Counted from the first letter of the stretch, positions 1-10,963 are shown. The stretch: DNA of 64,000 bases from Auanema rhodensis (GCA_964057225.1 OZ059894.1:7502001-7566000), one strand, 5' to 3'. Numbers and translations are program-made. The notes: generated by a model not told the origin, from the sequence alone.

Positions 1-205
1 CTCCAAGCTTATGATTACCGTGTTTGGATGCATCAGGAATAGACGGCAGATCTCTTGTGAGATCATATTCTAGGAGATAATGTCGATTGGACATTGTTTC
101 TTGGATATATTGTGATAAAAAGGTCCAAGCTTATGAATACGTTGTTCGGATGCATCAGGAATCGACGGCGGATCTCTTGTGAGATGATATTCTGGGAGAT
201 AATGT

Positions 206-277
206 GGCCGAATGGTCTAGGGGTATGATTCTCGCTTTGGGTGCGAGAGGTCCCGGGTTCAAATTCCGGTTCGGCCC
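206..277 (+). tRNA. tRNA-Pro(TGG), T-arm variant AAATTCCGG
   Basis: 72-nt cloverleaf GGCCGAA...TTCGGCCC, anticodon arm CTCGC-TTTGGGT-GCGAG, B box GGTTCAAAT, TTTT terminator a few nt downstream. Confidence 0.93.
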
Positions 278-702
278 AAACTTTTGCTTTCTTTTGTTTC
301 AGAAACAGTTTTGATAAAGCTTTCAGTTTCGGAACATCTCTCAAATCCTTTCTTTGGATAATTTCCGGTAAAAAGGTCTAGGCTTATGGTTACGTTGTTT
401 GGATGCATCAGGAATAGACGGCGGATCTCTTGTGAGATGATATTCTAGGAGATAATGTCGATTGGACATTGTTTCTTGGATATATTGTGATAAAAAGCTC
501 CAAGCTTATGATTACCGTGTTTGGATGCATCAGGAATAGACGGCAGATCTCTTGTGAGATCATATTCTAGGAGTTAATGTCGATTGGACATTGTTTCTTG
601 GATATATTGTGATAAAAAGCTCCAAGCTTATGATTACCGTGTTTGGATGCATCAGGAATAGACGGCGGATCTCTTGTGAGATGATATTCTAGGAGATAAT
701 GT

Positions 703-774
703 TGCCGAATGGTCTAGGGGTATGATTCTCGCTTTGGGTGCGAGAGGTCCCGGGTTCAAATTCCGGTTCGGCCC
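703..774 (+). tRNA. tRNA-Pro(TGG) variant (G1>T in acceptor stem)
   Basis: Same gene but starts TGCCGAA; possibly impaired. Confidence 0.8.
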
Positions 775-955
775 AAAATTTTGCTTTCTTTTGTTTCAGA
801 AACAGTTTTGATAAAGCTTTTAGTTTCGGAACTTCTCTGAAATCCTTTCATTGGATATATTCTGGTTAAAAGGTCTAGGCTTATGGTTACTTTGTGTGGA
901 TGCATAAGGGATAGACGGCGGATCTCTTGTGAGATCATATTCTAGGAGATAACGT

Positions 956-1027
956 GGCCGAATGGTCTAGGGGTATGATTCTCGCTTTGGGTGCGAGAGG
1001 TCCCGGGTTCAAATCCCGGTTCGGCCC
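956..1027 (+). tRNA. tRNA-Pro(TGG)
   Basis: Consensus GGCCGAATGGTCTAGGGGTATGATTCTCGCTTTGGGTGCGAGAGGTCCCGGGTTCAAATCCCGGTTCGGCCC. Confidence 0.96.
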
Positions 1028-1232
1028 AAACTTTTACTTTCTTTTGTTTCAGAAACAGTTTTGATAAAGCTTTCAGTTTCGGAACTTCTCTCAAATCCTT
1101 TCATTGGATATATTCTGGTAAAAAGGTCTAGGCTTATGGTTACTTTGTTTGGATGCATCAGGAATAGACGGCAGATCTCTTGTGAGATCACATTCTAGGA
1201 GATGATGTCGATTGGACATTGTTTCTTGGATA

Positions 1233-1613
1233 TGTCACATCTGCTAGCACATGGTAAACATGTGCGCGCTATTCAAATAGCGGGAGCCTGAACAAGCCCC
1301 GCCTACAACATGGGACACACATGGCACTCTTGCTTCTGGCCTAACCCAGATAGGTTGTCTTATAGCCATGTGAGTCTCATCTCTATATCATCTATATATA
1401 TACTCTATTTAATACTTTATTATATCTCTTTATATTCTTTCTTAATGTAATTCTTATATTGTATTTTCTTGTTATCTGATAATGAATCTTTTTCTCTTTA
1501 AGTATTTGTCTTAATAAGGAAATCGGGGCGTTCGGGTCTGCCTACCTAAGGAACAAGGTAGAAGTACATATATCTTCCGACCATGAAAAGACGGGAAGAA
1601 ACAATATGTAACG
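1233..1613 (+). repeat. E1 5' LTR (TGTCACAT...ATGTAACG)
   Basis: Direct repeat of 10976-11356; imperfect terminal inverted repeat. Confidence 0.95.
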
Positions 1614-1626
1614 TGGAGGTTCCACC
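1614..1626 (+). promoter_or_regulatory. E1 primer binding site (tRNA-Gln type)
   Basis: TGGAGGTTCCACC abuts the LTR; complementary to the recalled metazoan tRNA-Gln 3' end GGTGGAACCT-CCA. Confidence 0.85.
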
Positions 1627-2766
1627 TTGCTTACTTTACTGTTAATTTATTGACAGCAAGTTTACGAGACTTTTGGACTTAATTACCCAACAGTGAGGAG
1701 TAACCGAGCCGTGCACCATGATTTCCCCAAAAATTATTTTGGCTACCACTTCTCCTCCGCTCAACGAAAACTGGGAGGTGTCTGAGACGTTTGGGGAAAC
1801 TATCAGACAATAGTTTTGACGAGCGTTACCTTTTTGTTATGCACGCGCGTGCTATTTTGATTCATTACTTTATGATGTGAATGTCCAGTGTGGCAACAGA
1901 GCTCACTTTTTAGCTGAGTTGTTTGGAAGCTGGAGGCTGTTGGGATAATTTTATTTACGATTTATTAATTTTGATTCACATCCAAGGGTTCATCAGGGTT
2001 CTACTCCTGTTAACTCTTTTCTTATTAGTTCAGAGATAATAAGAATATTTAAATTCCTACCCACCCAAGTCCACTCTACGTCTGCCAACGTTTCCTTTTT
2101 CCTATATTATTGACAGATTACTGAATTTAAATTCCTATATCAATCTTAAATTACCTTCTAAATCTTTTGAAATTAAATTAAAAATTATCTTAATTAAGAT
2201 TTATTTTGAAATTCTTTCTACAAATCTTAATAAACTTTATAAAATTGAACTTAATATACGAGATGAGACATTTTTGTTTACTTTAAGCTTACTCACATTC
2301 AAATAGTTGGCCCACGCGTACCAGCTGTTCGGCATGTGTAGTCAATAACAGCTGTTAAAATTCAAAAGTTTTCAAACAGGCTTAAGGCACCATCTGTGAT
2401 TCCTTATTTGTCTCTAAGCTGACATAAGTGATTATAATATTCAAATATCACGACAGACAATCAATGGTTGTTTACCATAAGCGCTAACATCTGGTGTCGT
2501 GACACATGGCTGGAGGCGGAGCTTGAAGCTTCAACGATCCTCCTTCATCAGACGCCATTGTCACAAACGTTTTTACTGGAGTCTAGTTGCTTCCAGTACG
2601 CGCTCTTATATTCATCTAACTGTATTCACCAGCCACCCTGTCGGACTCGGACATCAGCGAGGAAAACAAAGATCAGGAACAAGGATCACCAGAGGTACGC
2701 CAAGTTTTTGAATTTAATTCTAAAAACTTAAATACTCCATCCACCTACCTCTCTCCTTTTGAATTT

Positions 2767-5700
2767 TTGAGAGAAGAAGGTGATTCCTCTTCTTCTTCTC
2801 ACTCTTCTTCTCTAACAATTAGAACGAGAAGTAAAAGCAGAAAGGCCATCACTGAGGAAACACCTCGGGCACCTACTACAGTACGAAATAGATCACCAAG
2901 TCGGTGGGCCGCTGCTATAACTAAAGCTTTTGAAAGAAAAATGACTCCTACCTCTCCATCTCCTAATTCTAATGTTGCTCCACCCTCTAGAAATATGGCA
3001 ACTATTTTGAATTGCCATCTCTGTCCCAGGTATGACGGCTCTCGTAGCTTTCGTTCTTTTGTTGAATCTTTAAATAGATTTTTTAATGTTATGAATCTAA
3101 GCTTACCTGAGAGACTATTAATTTTGCCTCTTCTTTTGGAATCAAATGAAACAGCTCTCTCCTTGTATAATAGTATTCCTAGTGGCATAAGAACTAATGG
3201 CCCATGGATTGTTTTGATGGATCAGCTCACTGAGCTTTTAGCGCCTAAAACAGATAAAAATTTCACCATAGCGCTTATTCATCGAATACAACAAGGAGAT
3301 AAATCTGTTCTTGATTTTAGTATGGAATTAGAGAGAATGGCAAGCACCATAATGTCACCAATGGATCCCGAGCGGGAACCAATGTTGAAAACGGCATTTT
3401 TAAATGGTTTAAAAGAGGAACTGGGTATTGCGGTTTTAACTAAAAACCCCGCCACTTATGAACAAGCTAAGAAATTAGCTAGGTTTGAAGAAGGCGTTCG
3501 AAATAGCTTCATGAAAAGAAATGAAGACACCAGCACCTTGAAGGAGCTCATAAATGCTTTACAGCATAAATTAAGCTTTAGTGAAGAAAGAGAAAGAAGT
3601 AGGAATAATAATAATAATAAAAATTATAAAAATAATAAAAATAATAAAAAAAATAATAACTGGACTCAGCACAATAATGGCTCTAATGATTATGAGCGAG
3701 AGAGAGAGCGACCTTCTGCCGTACGTTATAATAATAATAACTCGCAGAACGGGAATATGAATAGGCGTCCTAACCCGGGAAACCGCCCATTTGCCAATGG
3801 CAGAAATGCCAATAGCTCGTCTTGGAACCCTAGGCCTAGTTCCCCAAGAAGACAAAGACCATCAGCCAATGGGAATGGTAACTCAAGGGTATACAGCGTA
3901 GCGACCCCATTCATGCCACCGGTCACGTTGTGCCTGACTTTATTGGCACTCTCATGCCTTCCCTTTGGGTCGGCAAAATATCAGATTTGCGCTCAATCTG
4001 AAGGGGGTATATTAGTAACACCTCCTGTGGTCACAGGCTGCCATAAGGCAGAAATTGAAAAGGCTCACAGTGTTGAGGTAGAAATATATCTACCAAAGGC
4101 TGAGATAGAGTCATGGGAAGCATGGAAATGCTATGTGAAAAAGTATAAAAGCTGTGTGAGAGATTTCATGTTTTTGAGAGATCGTAACACCACATTCTCT
4201 CATATTGAAACAGTAGATAAGAAAGATTGTGTTCGAGCACATAGAAATCGTATGTGGAATGATAAAATCATGAATGCCCAACAGCATTCAGTTTTTGAAA
4301 CACCATTAAACGAGCATAATCCAACTCGCTCTTGGTCCACTGAAGAATGTGTAGAAATTGAACAATTTGTATTGAAGCGAGGGATAATAACTAGATTGAA
4401 AGAAGATCACATTGTATCAGACTTATTTATAAATACTGATAATTGTAAAGGAAATGAAGGGTTTTGTGCAACTGGTGAAGGTGCAGTTATCTGGCAACCA
4501 CCTATCCCATCAGTTGTCTGTCACTATCAAAAACTTGGCCCCTTCTCCGCCATGTTGGGTGATCATATTCTTCTAGTTCACTCTATTGAAAGCGCTTTTG
4601 TTCTCCAAAATCATTCCACATCCGCTCACGTTCAATCTTGTTTCGAATTCGCTGTTTTTGAATCATCCTCTGAGGCAATTATCCGATTCACAGCATATCC
4701 CCGTGTTTATAATTTGCTTGATCTTTCCAATACTTTGCTTAATGCTGATAGACGCAGAAATAAACGTAATGCATTACCTCAAAAACATCGCTCTTTCAGT
4801 GATGATTATCTTTTTGTTAATGCGAAATCCCAACCATATGCGTTTCCATTTCTAAGACCTACTTTCATTTTTGGATCTGCATCTATCACTAAGTTTTACG
4901 CAAAATATATGAGATATGCAGCTACATCAGCTTATGAGAGTTTGCTCCAATTCGCGATAGATAATCCACTGTTCATTGACACAATTGTTAGTTTAGGATT
5001 GACAAAAGATCACATAACTAACTGGGCAAAGTCTAATAATTTCAAAGATCCCAATCTTTTGATTTTACAATGTATGGGTATAGAGGAAATTAAACTGGCT
5101 ACTAGACAGGTGATTAATAGCATGAAATTGGATGATCTTATCACTCAAGTAGCTCGTCGTATAGAAGTTCCTCGGTTAAAAAGATCGTTGATGAAATCTA
5201 CAACATCCATAGAAGATTTCTTTCGAGGAATGGCTCACGCAGTAGTATATCAAGCCACAATTCTTGATGGTACACAAACAGTTCCATCAATTGAACAGTT
5301 GGCAAGAGCCTTATATCCATCTATATTACCACGCAGTGGAAATATGAATCAATCTGAAATTATTGCAACTGCTCAAGGCATGTTATTCATGATCCAACAA
5401 CAATCGGGAAAAGAACAAATATCTCGTGACATGCAAGTCAGTCGACAACAAAAAGCTGATGCTACTGTTAGAAATAACCAAGAGCAAGATTTAGCAATTA
5501 TATCCAAGCTGCCTGACTATCACAACCTTTATACAAAGAATAGTACAGCATATTATGGATTTCCTCCACAGTCCATCGAATACCCACAGGAAAATCCTAA
5601 ATTCAATAAAACAGAAGTTTTAGAATTCATAAGTTGGGTTAAAACTCAAATCACAACTGATAAAAATATGGTACAGCATACTACTGTAACCCCAATAACT

Positions 5701-8700
5701 TCCACCAAAACTACAATTCGTAGTTTAACAACTCCTACCTCTAATGCGTACGAGAGAGGTCGAGAGTTGTATGTAGCAGAAGTATATGACAATGTTCTCC
5801 ACAAATCAGAGCATAAAACTAAAACGATAATAGATAATAAGTTGAATTATGGGTTTGAGAAAGCGCGTCTCTCCATAATTGACGAATTTCATCAACAGTT
5901 TCATACCATCTGTAAATCTCAAATGGAAACTGTAAAAAGCTGGCAAGCTATATTACGTATACATCCTACAATAGGAGTACGAGCTATGCTTCAGCGGGAT
6001 GATATCGTTGCCCGATTTGTTGGAAGAAATGTTTTAAAAATAACAACTTGTCAGGAAATAGAACCACATTTCATTTATCGTAATCATTCTTACAATGATA
6101 AATGTTATGCAGAGACCCCTGTTTTAACACACGATAAACAATTATTCTTTGCTCCTATCGATAGCTACGATTTGAGCACTGAAGGACATGAGATCAATTG
6201 TGAACACGAAGAGACAGAAATTTGGTATGAAAATGGAACATGGAGAGATTATAAAGGTGACACACATAAAGTAGATAGTATTCATTCAGAAAAACATGAT
6301 CATTATGCTGAATTGAGTAAACTTCGATTCACAGGGCGGAATTTGTTTGAAAATTCGACTGAAAAATCCTTAGCCCTATCTATTGGATTAACTTATGGTT
6401 ATAGTTTATCTACTTCACCTCACCATGATCTTCTCCGCGTAATTTCTCGTTCACGTGATTGGCCTCAAATTTCCTCTTTTATCTTCAAAGGAAGTAAACT
6501 TATAAGAGATGCCAGGAAAATTGTTTTCTCCAATTGGGATCTGTTCATTGACTTTTGTATAGGTTCAATTGAACGAACACTCATTACCATCGGTTGTATA
6601 ACTCTGATATTATGTCTAATGATAGCATTATATTTCACTATAAAATGTTATCTCTCCCCTACTTCTATGTTAAAAATAAACCATATCATGTTGAGCCCAA
6701 CAGCTCCACCACTTGAGGGAGATGAGATTCATGAAACAGTTAGTGATGAATTGATGCGGAGCTATTTTCCCACCATAATAACTTACATTCCTTTAGCCAT
6801 ACCTTTTGTATGTCACACAACAACAAAGAAAAATGGACACATGTTACCGTTTGTTCATATTGACATTGAAGGTAGAGGACTGTTAGCATTATGGGATTCT
6901 GGAGCTACGGTCTCATATATTCCGTTCTCCACATTGGCATATATTGGAAGACAATATTTTACAAAATATTCTAAATCTGCATCCACTGCAAATGGATCAG
7001 AGTTTCGCTTTGTGGGAAAATGCAAGTTAGATGTGGGTATAGCAGGTTACCAAGTGGAACACGAATTTTTAATATCTGAAGACAATGACTGTCCAGGACA
7101 AATGTTACTTGGTACTGATTTTATGCGTACGTTGGAAGAAAGAGAGATATTTACTACATTAAAACTATGTAAAGGAAAGTTGATTGTTGGTAATATGGAA
7201 ACACCCTTAGTAAAACCTGGTTGTTTTGCATATAAAACCACAACTAAAACAGTAAATATCATAAGTTTGTCCACAGTAACAGTTCCACCACATAGTACCT
7301 CCCACATATCTTTGCAAACAGGACCAGAATTAGATTTTGATCAATATGCTCTTTTAAAATCTAGCACAGGTCCTATCTCAATTCCAGATGCCGCCATAGG
7401 ACCTTTTCCTATTACTATGGTAGTATCAAACAATTCTTCAAAGCCAATTAAAATTAATAAAAATGACCACATTGGTTCAGGACTTATAGCATCTAAAGAA
7501 ATTATGAACGATTATGTTCCACCTGAAGCTGATTGGGAAGATAAGTTACCAACTTTTCCTCAGCATCTTTTGGATGATTTGAACTTCAATTCTTGCACTC
7601 TGTCCCATAAAATGAAGAAAAATCTGATCACAATCATTAAGGAAAACCAAACGGCATTTTTCAACCATGATCATAATATTGGTCTCTTTTGCGGACCAGT
7701 TGAACATGCCATTCCTATAAGATCTGATATGGATTTTCCAAAAAGTAGATCTTACAGAGTACCATTGGGTAAGCAAGAAGAAGTAGAACGGCAAGTGAAA
7801 GAAATGTTGTCGCAAGGTATAATCGAAAATTCGACGGCTACTTTCACTAGTCCGGTTGTTCTTGTGAAAAAGAAAGATAATTCTTTCCGGTTCGTAACTG
7901 ACTTTAGAGCATTGAATAGTGTTACTAAGAAACAAACATACAGCATCCCACACATTCCTGATATCATAGACTTAGCGGCTGGAGCTCAGTTCTTTTCGAA
8001 TTTTGATCTCATTTCTGGTTTCTTCCAAATACCGTTGAAACGCTCAGATAGACACCTAACTGCTTTTACCACTCCATCAGGTACCTATCAGTATTGCCGA
8101 ATGCCTATGGGATTGTGTGGAGCGCCACACACTTTTCAATCCGCAGTACGATACTTGCAATCTCTTGTTAGATGCAAACTGTTTGTATATCTAGATGATT
8201 TGCTAATAATTTCAAACTCAGCTGATGAACATTTAAGAGATATACAAGAAGTGCTGAAAAAGGTCACTGAACTAGGGTTAAAAATTAAGTTATCTAAATG
8301 TTGCTTTGCAGCCACTGAAGTAAAGTTTTTGGGTTTTGTAATAGGTAGAAATGGTGTTAAACCAGATCCTGCTAAAATACAGGCTGTTTCCGAATTTCCA
8401 AATCCAAGCACAGTTACGGCTGTCAGATCCTTTCTAGGTATGACTAACTATTTTCGACGGTTTATTCAAAATTATGCCGGAATAGCTGAGCCATTGTATA
8501 AGTTAACACATAAGGATACTCCTTTTGAGTGGAAATCGGAACATGCAGACGCATTTAAAACTTTAAAAACATCACTGTGTACTGCCCCTGTACTGAAACC
8601 TCCTAAAGCAGACCAACCTTTTGTTATAGAAAGTGATGGCAGTATGATCGCTGTGGGAGCAGTTTTATTGCAATCAGCAGAGAAAAATTCTCCATTACAC

Positions 8701-10374
8701 CCGATTGCGTTCGCTAGTAGAAAGTTGACTCCAGCGGAACGGAAATATCCTCCTATTGAAGTTGAAGCACTCGGTTTAGTCTTTGCTCTTCAACAATTCC
8801 GTACCTATGTATTAGGAGTACCTACCACAGTTATCACAGATCACCGACCATTAACCAGTTTAATGTCGCGTAAAGATCTCATAGGTAGATTAGCCAAGTA
8901 TCAACTAATGATACAAGATTTCAACATAAAGATTGAATATCGTCCTGGCAAATTAAACAGTGTCTGTGATGCTCTCTCCAGGTATATAGGAAACGAAGCA
9001 AATGACAGTCGTCCTACTAAACCAAAGGACAAAGTAAAACCTGTTGATGCTTTTATTGCTCATATCACAACTATTTCTTCTATTGACCAACTAAATTGTG
9101 AAGAAATACGGAAAGTTCAAGCTGGAGTTCCCTGGATTCGCGAAGCACTTTCTCAAATTAATAATGATAACTGTCCGGCTAATATATCAGACCGGTATGA
9201 AGAACGAGAAGGCATATTACATGCAAAACAAGCGAAAAATTATTTGAAACCATCTATTATTTTGCCTCGTAACGACAAAATAACTGATGTTGTTATCAAG
9301 TTTTTTCATGAAGATTCCAAAATTGGTGCACACCTAGGTATAAATAAAACTACTGATGCGATTCGACGACGATTCTTTTGGACTAATATGGTTCCACAAA
9401 TAACTGAATTTATTAATCGTTGTACAAAATGTGCAAGTAGGAAATCTAACCCACACCAATCGTATATTCAACCTATGGGAAGATTTGTTATACCCGAAAA
9501 GCCATTTGATCGTATTCATGTAGATATACTAGGTCCTTTACCTCGCACTAATGATGGACATCGATACATCTTGAGTATTCAAGACGCTTTTAGTAAATGG
9601 GGAACAACTTGCCCATTAATAACACAAACGGCTACTGAAATCACAAAAGCGTTTGTAATTAGATTTGTTTTCATATATGGACCACCAATGAGTATGATAA
9701 CCGATAATGGTAGTAGCTTTTTGTCATCTGAATTTCAAGCTATGTGTAAACAATTTGGAATTGAACACACTACTACGCTACCATATCATAAAAATGCTAA
9801 TGGACAAGTGGAGAGACTTCATAGAACTTTAGAAGAAGCTCTCTCTTCATTCGTGAATGAACAACAAACTAACTGGGATATACACCTACCTAAAGTTATG
9901 TTTGCGATCAATACGTTACCAAACTCATCAACATCTATTAGTCCATATGTTGTATTATTTGGTCGGGATGCAAGACTTCCTATTGACCATCAATTGCCTG
10001 GAAATAATCTTCAAACTGAAGAACCAGCCAATCCTACAGAAGATTTTGTTAATAGATCGCTAATACAAAATGAAAGCACATCTAATATAGTAAAAGATAG
10101 AATTGAAACATGCACAAAGAAGAATGAACAACGGTACAATACACGAAATAGAACACAAAATAAAGAAATTCAGGTTAATGACTTAGTTATGATAAAAGTG
10201 AATTCTACTCGAAACAAACTAACACCTTCATTCGAAGGGCCTTATTTAGTTACAGCAGTTCAAAGATCTTTCGTCGTGGTTCAAACAGATAAAGGAAAAA
10301 GCAGAAGAGTACACAAGGACTTCGTCAAACCTTACCAACGGACAACATCTATTCCGGTTATCACAATTTCTTGA
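2767..10374 (+). CDS. E1 Gag-Env-Pol polyprotein (~2535 aa; true start uncertain, frame open from 2620, first ATG at 2941)
   Basis: Capsid-like Gag (CPRYDG...AFLNGL), N/R/G-rich tract, signal-like segment ~3922-3975, Cys-rich ectodomain, furin-like RRRNKR 4750-4767, TM ~6580-6642, protease WDSGA ~6892, RT YLDD 8188-8199, RNase H, IN with HHCC, DDE and GPY. Confidence 0.95.
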   Translation: MREEGDSSSSSHSSSLTIRTRSKSRKAITEETPRAPTTVRNRSPSRWAAAITKAFERKMTPTSPSPNSNVAPPSRNMATILNCHLCPRYDGSRSFRSFVESLNRFFNVMNLSLPERLLILPLLLESNETALSLYNSIPSGIRTNGPWIVLMDQLTELLAPKTDKNFTIALIHRIQQGDKSVLDFSMELERMASTIMSPMDPEREPMLKTAFLNGLKEELGIAVLTKNPATYEQAKKLARFEEGVRNSFMKRNEDTSTLKELINALQHKLSFSEERERSRNNNNNKNYKNNKNNKKNNNWTQHNNGSNDYERERERPSAVRYNNNNSQNGNMNRRPNPGNRPFANGRNANSSSWNPRPSSPRRQRPSANGNGNSRVYSVATPFMPPVTLCLTLLALSCLPFGSAKYQICAQSEGGILVTPPVVTGCHKAEIEKAHSVEVEIYLPKAEIESWEAWKCYVKKYKSCVRDFMFLRDRNTTFSHIETVDKKDCVRAHRNRMWNDKIMNAQQHSVFETPLNEHNPTRSWSTEECVEIEQFVLKRGIITRLKEDHIVSDLFINTDNCKGNEGFCATGEGAVIWQPPIPSVVCHYQKLGPFSAMLGDHILLVHSIESAFVLQNHSTSAHVQSCFEFAVFESSSEAIIRFTAYPRVYNLLDLSNTLLNADRRRNKRNALPQKHRSFSDDYLFVNAKSQPYAFPFLRPTFIFGSASITKFYAKYMRYAATSAYESLLQFAIDNPLFIDTIVSLGLTKDHITNWAKSNNFKDPNLLILQCMGIEEIKLATRQVINSMKLDDLITQVARRIEVPRLKRSLMKSTTSIEDFFRGMAHAVVYQATILDGTQTVPSIEQLARALYPSILPRSGNMNQSEIIATAQGMLFMIQQQSGKEQISRDMQVSRQQKADATVRNNQEQDLAIISKLPDYHNLYTKNSTAYYGFPPQSIEYPQENPKFNKTEVLEFISWVKTQITTDKNMVQHTTVTPITSTKTTIRSLTTPTSNAYERGRELYVAEVYDNVLHKSEHKTKTIIDNKLNYGFEKARLSIIDEFHQQFHTICKSQMETVKSWQAILRIHPTIGVRAMLQRDDIVARFVGRNVLKITTCQEIEPHFIYRNHSYNDKCYAETPVLTHDKQLFFAPIDSYDLSTEGHEINCEHEETEIWYENGTWRDYKGDTHKVDSIHSEKHDHYAELSKLRFTGRNLFENSTEKSLALSIGLTYGYSLSTSPHHDLLRVISRSRDWPQISSFIFKGSKLIRDARKIVFSNWDLFIDFCIGSIERTLITIGCITLILCLMIALYFTIKCYLSPTSMLKINHIMLSPTAPPLEGDEIHETVSDELMRSYFPTIITYIPLAIPFVCHTTTKKNGHMLPFVHIDIEGRGLLALWDSGATVSYIPFSTLAYIGRQYFTKYSKSASTANGSEFRFVGKCKLDVGIAGYQVEHEFLISEDNDCPGQMLLGTDFMRTLEEREIFTTLKLCKGKLIVGNMETPLVKPGCFAYKTTTKTVNIISLSTVTVPPHSTSHISLQTGPELDFDQYALLKSSTGPISIPDAAIGPFPITMVVSNNSSKPIKINKNDHIGSGLIASKEIMNDYVPPEADWEDKLPTFPQHLLDDLNFNSCTLSHKMKKNLITIIKENQTAFFNHDHNIGLFCGPVEHAIPIRSDMDFPKSRSYRVPLGKQEEVERQVKEMLSQGIIENSTATFTSPVVLVKKKDNSFRFVTDFRALNSVTKKQTYSIPHIPDIIDLAAGAQFFSNFDLISGFFQIPLKRSDRHLTAFTTPSGTYQYCRMPMGLCGAPHTFQSAVRYLQSLVRCKLFVYLDDLLIISNSADEHLRDIQEVLKKVTELGLKIKLSKCCFAATEVKFLGFVIGRNGVKPDPAKIQAVSEFPNPSTVTAVRSFLGMTNYFRRFIQNYAGIAEPLYKLTHKDTPFEWKSEHADAFKTLKTSLCTAPVLKPPKADQPFVIESDGSMIAVGAVLLQSAEKNSPLHPIAFASRKLTPAERKYPPIEVEALGLVFALQQFRTYVLGVPTTVITDHRPLTSLMSRKDLIGRLAKYQLMIQDFNIKIEYRPGKLNSVCDALSRYIGNEANDSRPTKPKDKVKPVDAFIAHITTISSIDQLNCEEIRKVQAGVPWIREALSQINNDNCPANISDRYEEREGILHAKQAKNYLKPSIILPRNDKITDVVIKFFHEDSKIGAHLGINKTTDAIRRRFFWTNMVPQITEFINRCTKCASRKSNPHQSYIQPMGRFVIPEKPFDRIHVDILGPLPRTNDGHRYILSIQDAFSKWGTTCPLITQTATEITKAFVIRFVFIYGPPMSMITDNGSSFLSSEFQAMCKQFGIEHTTTLPYHKNANGQVERLHRTLEEALSSFVNEQQTNWDIHLPKVMFAINTLPNSSTSISPYVVLFGRDARLPIDHQLPGNNLQTEEPANPTEDFVNRSLIQNESTSNIVKDRIETCTKKNEQRYNTRNRTQNKEIQVNDLVMIKVNSTRNKLTPSFEGPYLVTAVQRSFVVVQTDKGKSRRVHKDFVKPYQRTTSIPVITIS
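3922..6645 (+). other. E1 envelope glycoprotein domain (class III, gB/chuvirus-G-like) within the polyprotein
   Basis: Signal peptide, conserved Cys, furin site, motif ILRIHPTIGVRAMLQRDDIVARFVG..VLKITTC..CYAETPV resembling gB (NP..IAS....VSARMLGDV..V..C; CYSRP), C-terminal TM. Confidence 0.8.
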
Positions 10375-10963
10375 AGGTAGTTTTTTTTAACAAAATCAAA
10401 TTGTTGAAATTTTTTTATTTTATTTTGTGCCATTTCTGATTGTACCACTTCTTTGTTGTTGATTGATTTTCTCTGAGAAGTCTGCTATTGTTTTACAAGG
10501 TTTTGTTTTATTACTCCAACTCTCATTGAGTAGATTTTTTTTTTCAACTCTTGTGAATCTTGCTATTTTTTTATGCTTAATCATTACTTGTATTCACCTT
10601 ATGGACATTAGTCATACGGGTTAAACGAGTTTTCATTTTTTTGTACAGAACGGGCTCGACCTATTCTCAGGGTAACACCGTACCTGTACAACTCAAGAAA
10701 ATGAACGACTATATCACAGTCGAATGGTTTAGAAGCAAAGCTCTCGTTTGCAAGCATTTCACTACTCAAGTGAATGGAATAGAATCTACTCGATACTACA
10801 TTTCGAATTCAACAAACTTGAAGAGACGATAGCTAAACTTTCAAATCGTATTGTATACACTTTTTTTTTTTATCCACTACACCATGATTTTTTTTCCAAC
10901 ATCCAACTATCTTAAATAATGAATTAATTTATTTTGTTTTTGAACGAGGACGTTCAACTTTTT

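Larger units (their letters stand above)
1..1232 (+). repeat. tRNA-Pro tandem array, segment 1 (253-bp tRNA units plus 122-bp tRNA-less subrepeats)
   Basis: Recurrent spacer ...GGATGCATCAGGAATAGACGGCGGATCTCTTGTGAGAT...AATGT; tRNA starts at 206, 703, 956. Confidence 0.95.

Noticed and set aside
956-1027. tRNA-derived SINE
   Set aside because: Copies are full, mostly perfect cloverleaves with an immediate T4 terminator, in tandem, with no TSDs or tails
1228-1232. 5-bp TSD (GGATA for E1, GATAT for E2) with LTRs ending in AC
   Set aside because: Ambiguous for E1 and E2 alone, but E3, E4 and the E2 8-bp TIR show the G belongs to the LTR, giving 4-bp TSDs
1614-1626. PBS primed by the array's tRNA-Pro
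   Set aside because: That would read TGGGGGCCGAA; the observed TGGAGGTTCCACC fits tRNA-Gln
7260-7500. Active dUTPase between PR and RT
   Set aside because: Only a degenerate beta-rich, dUTPase-like spacer pattern; catalytic motifs not recognisable
2767-10374. BEL/Pao or copia classification; chromodomain
   Set aside because: PR-RT-RH-IN order, YLDD, RMPMGL and the GPY/F module fit Ty3/gypsy; no chromodomain follows the GPY/F module
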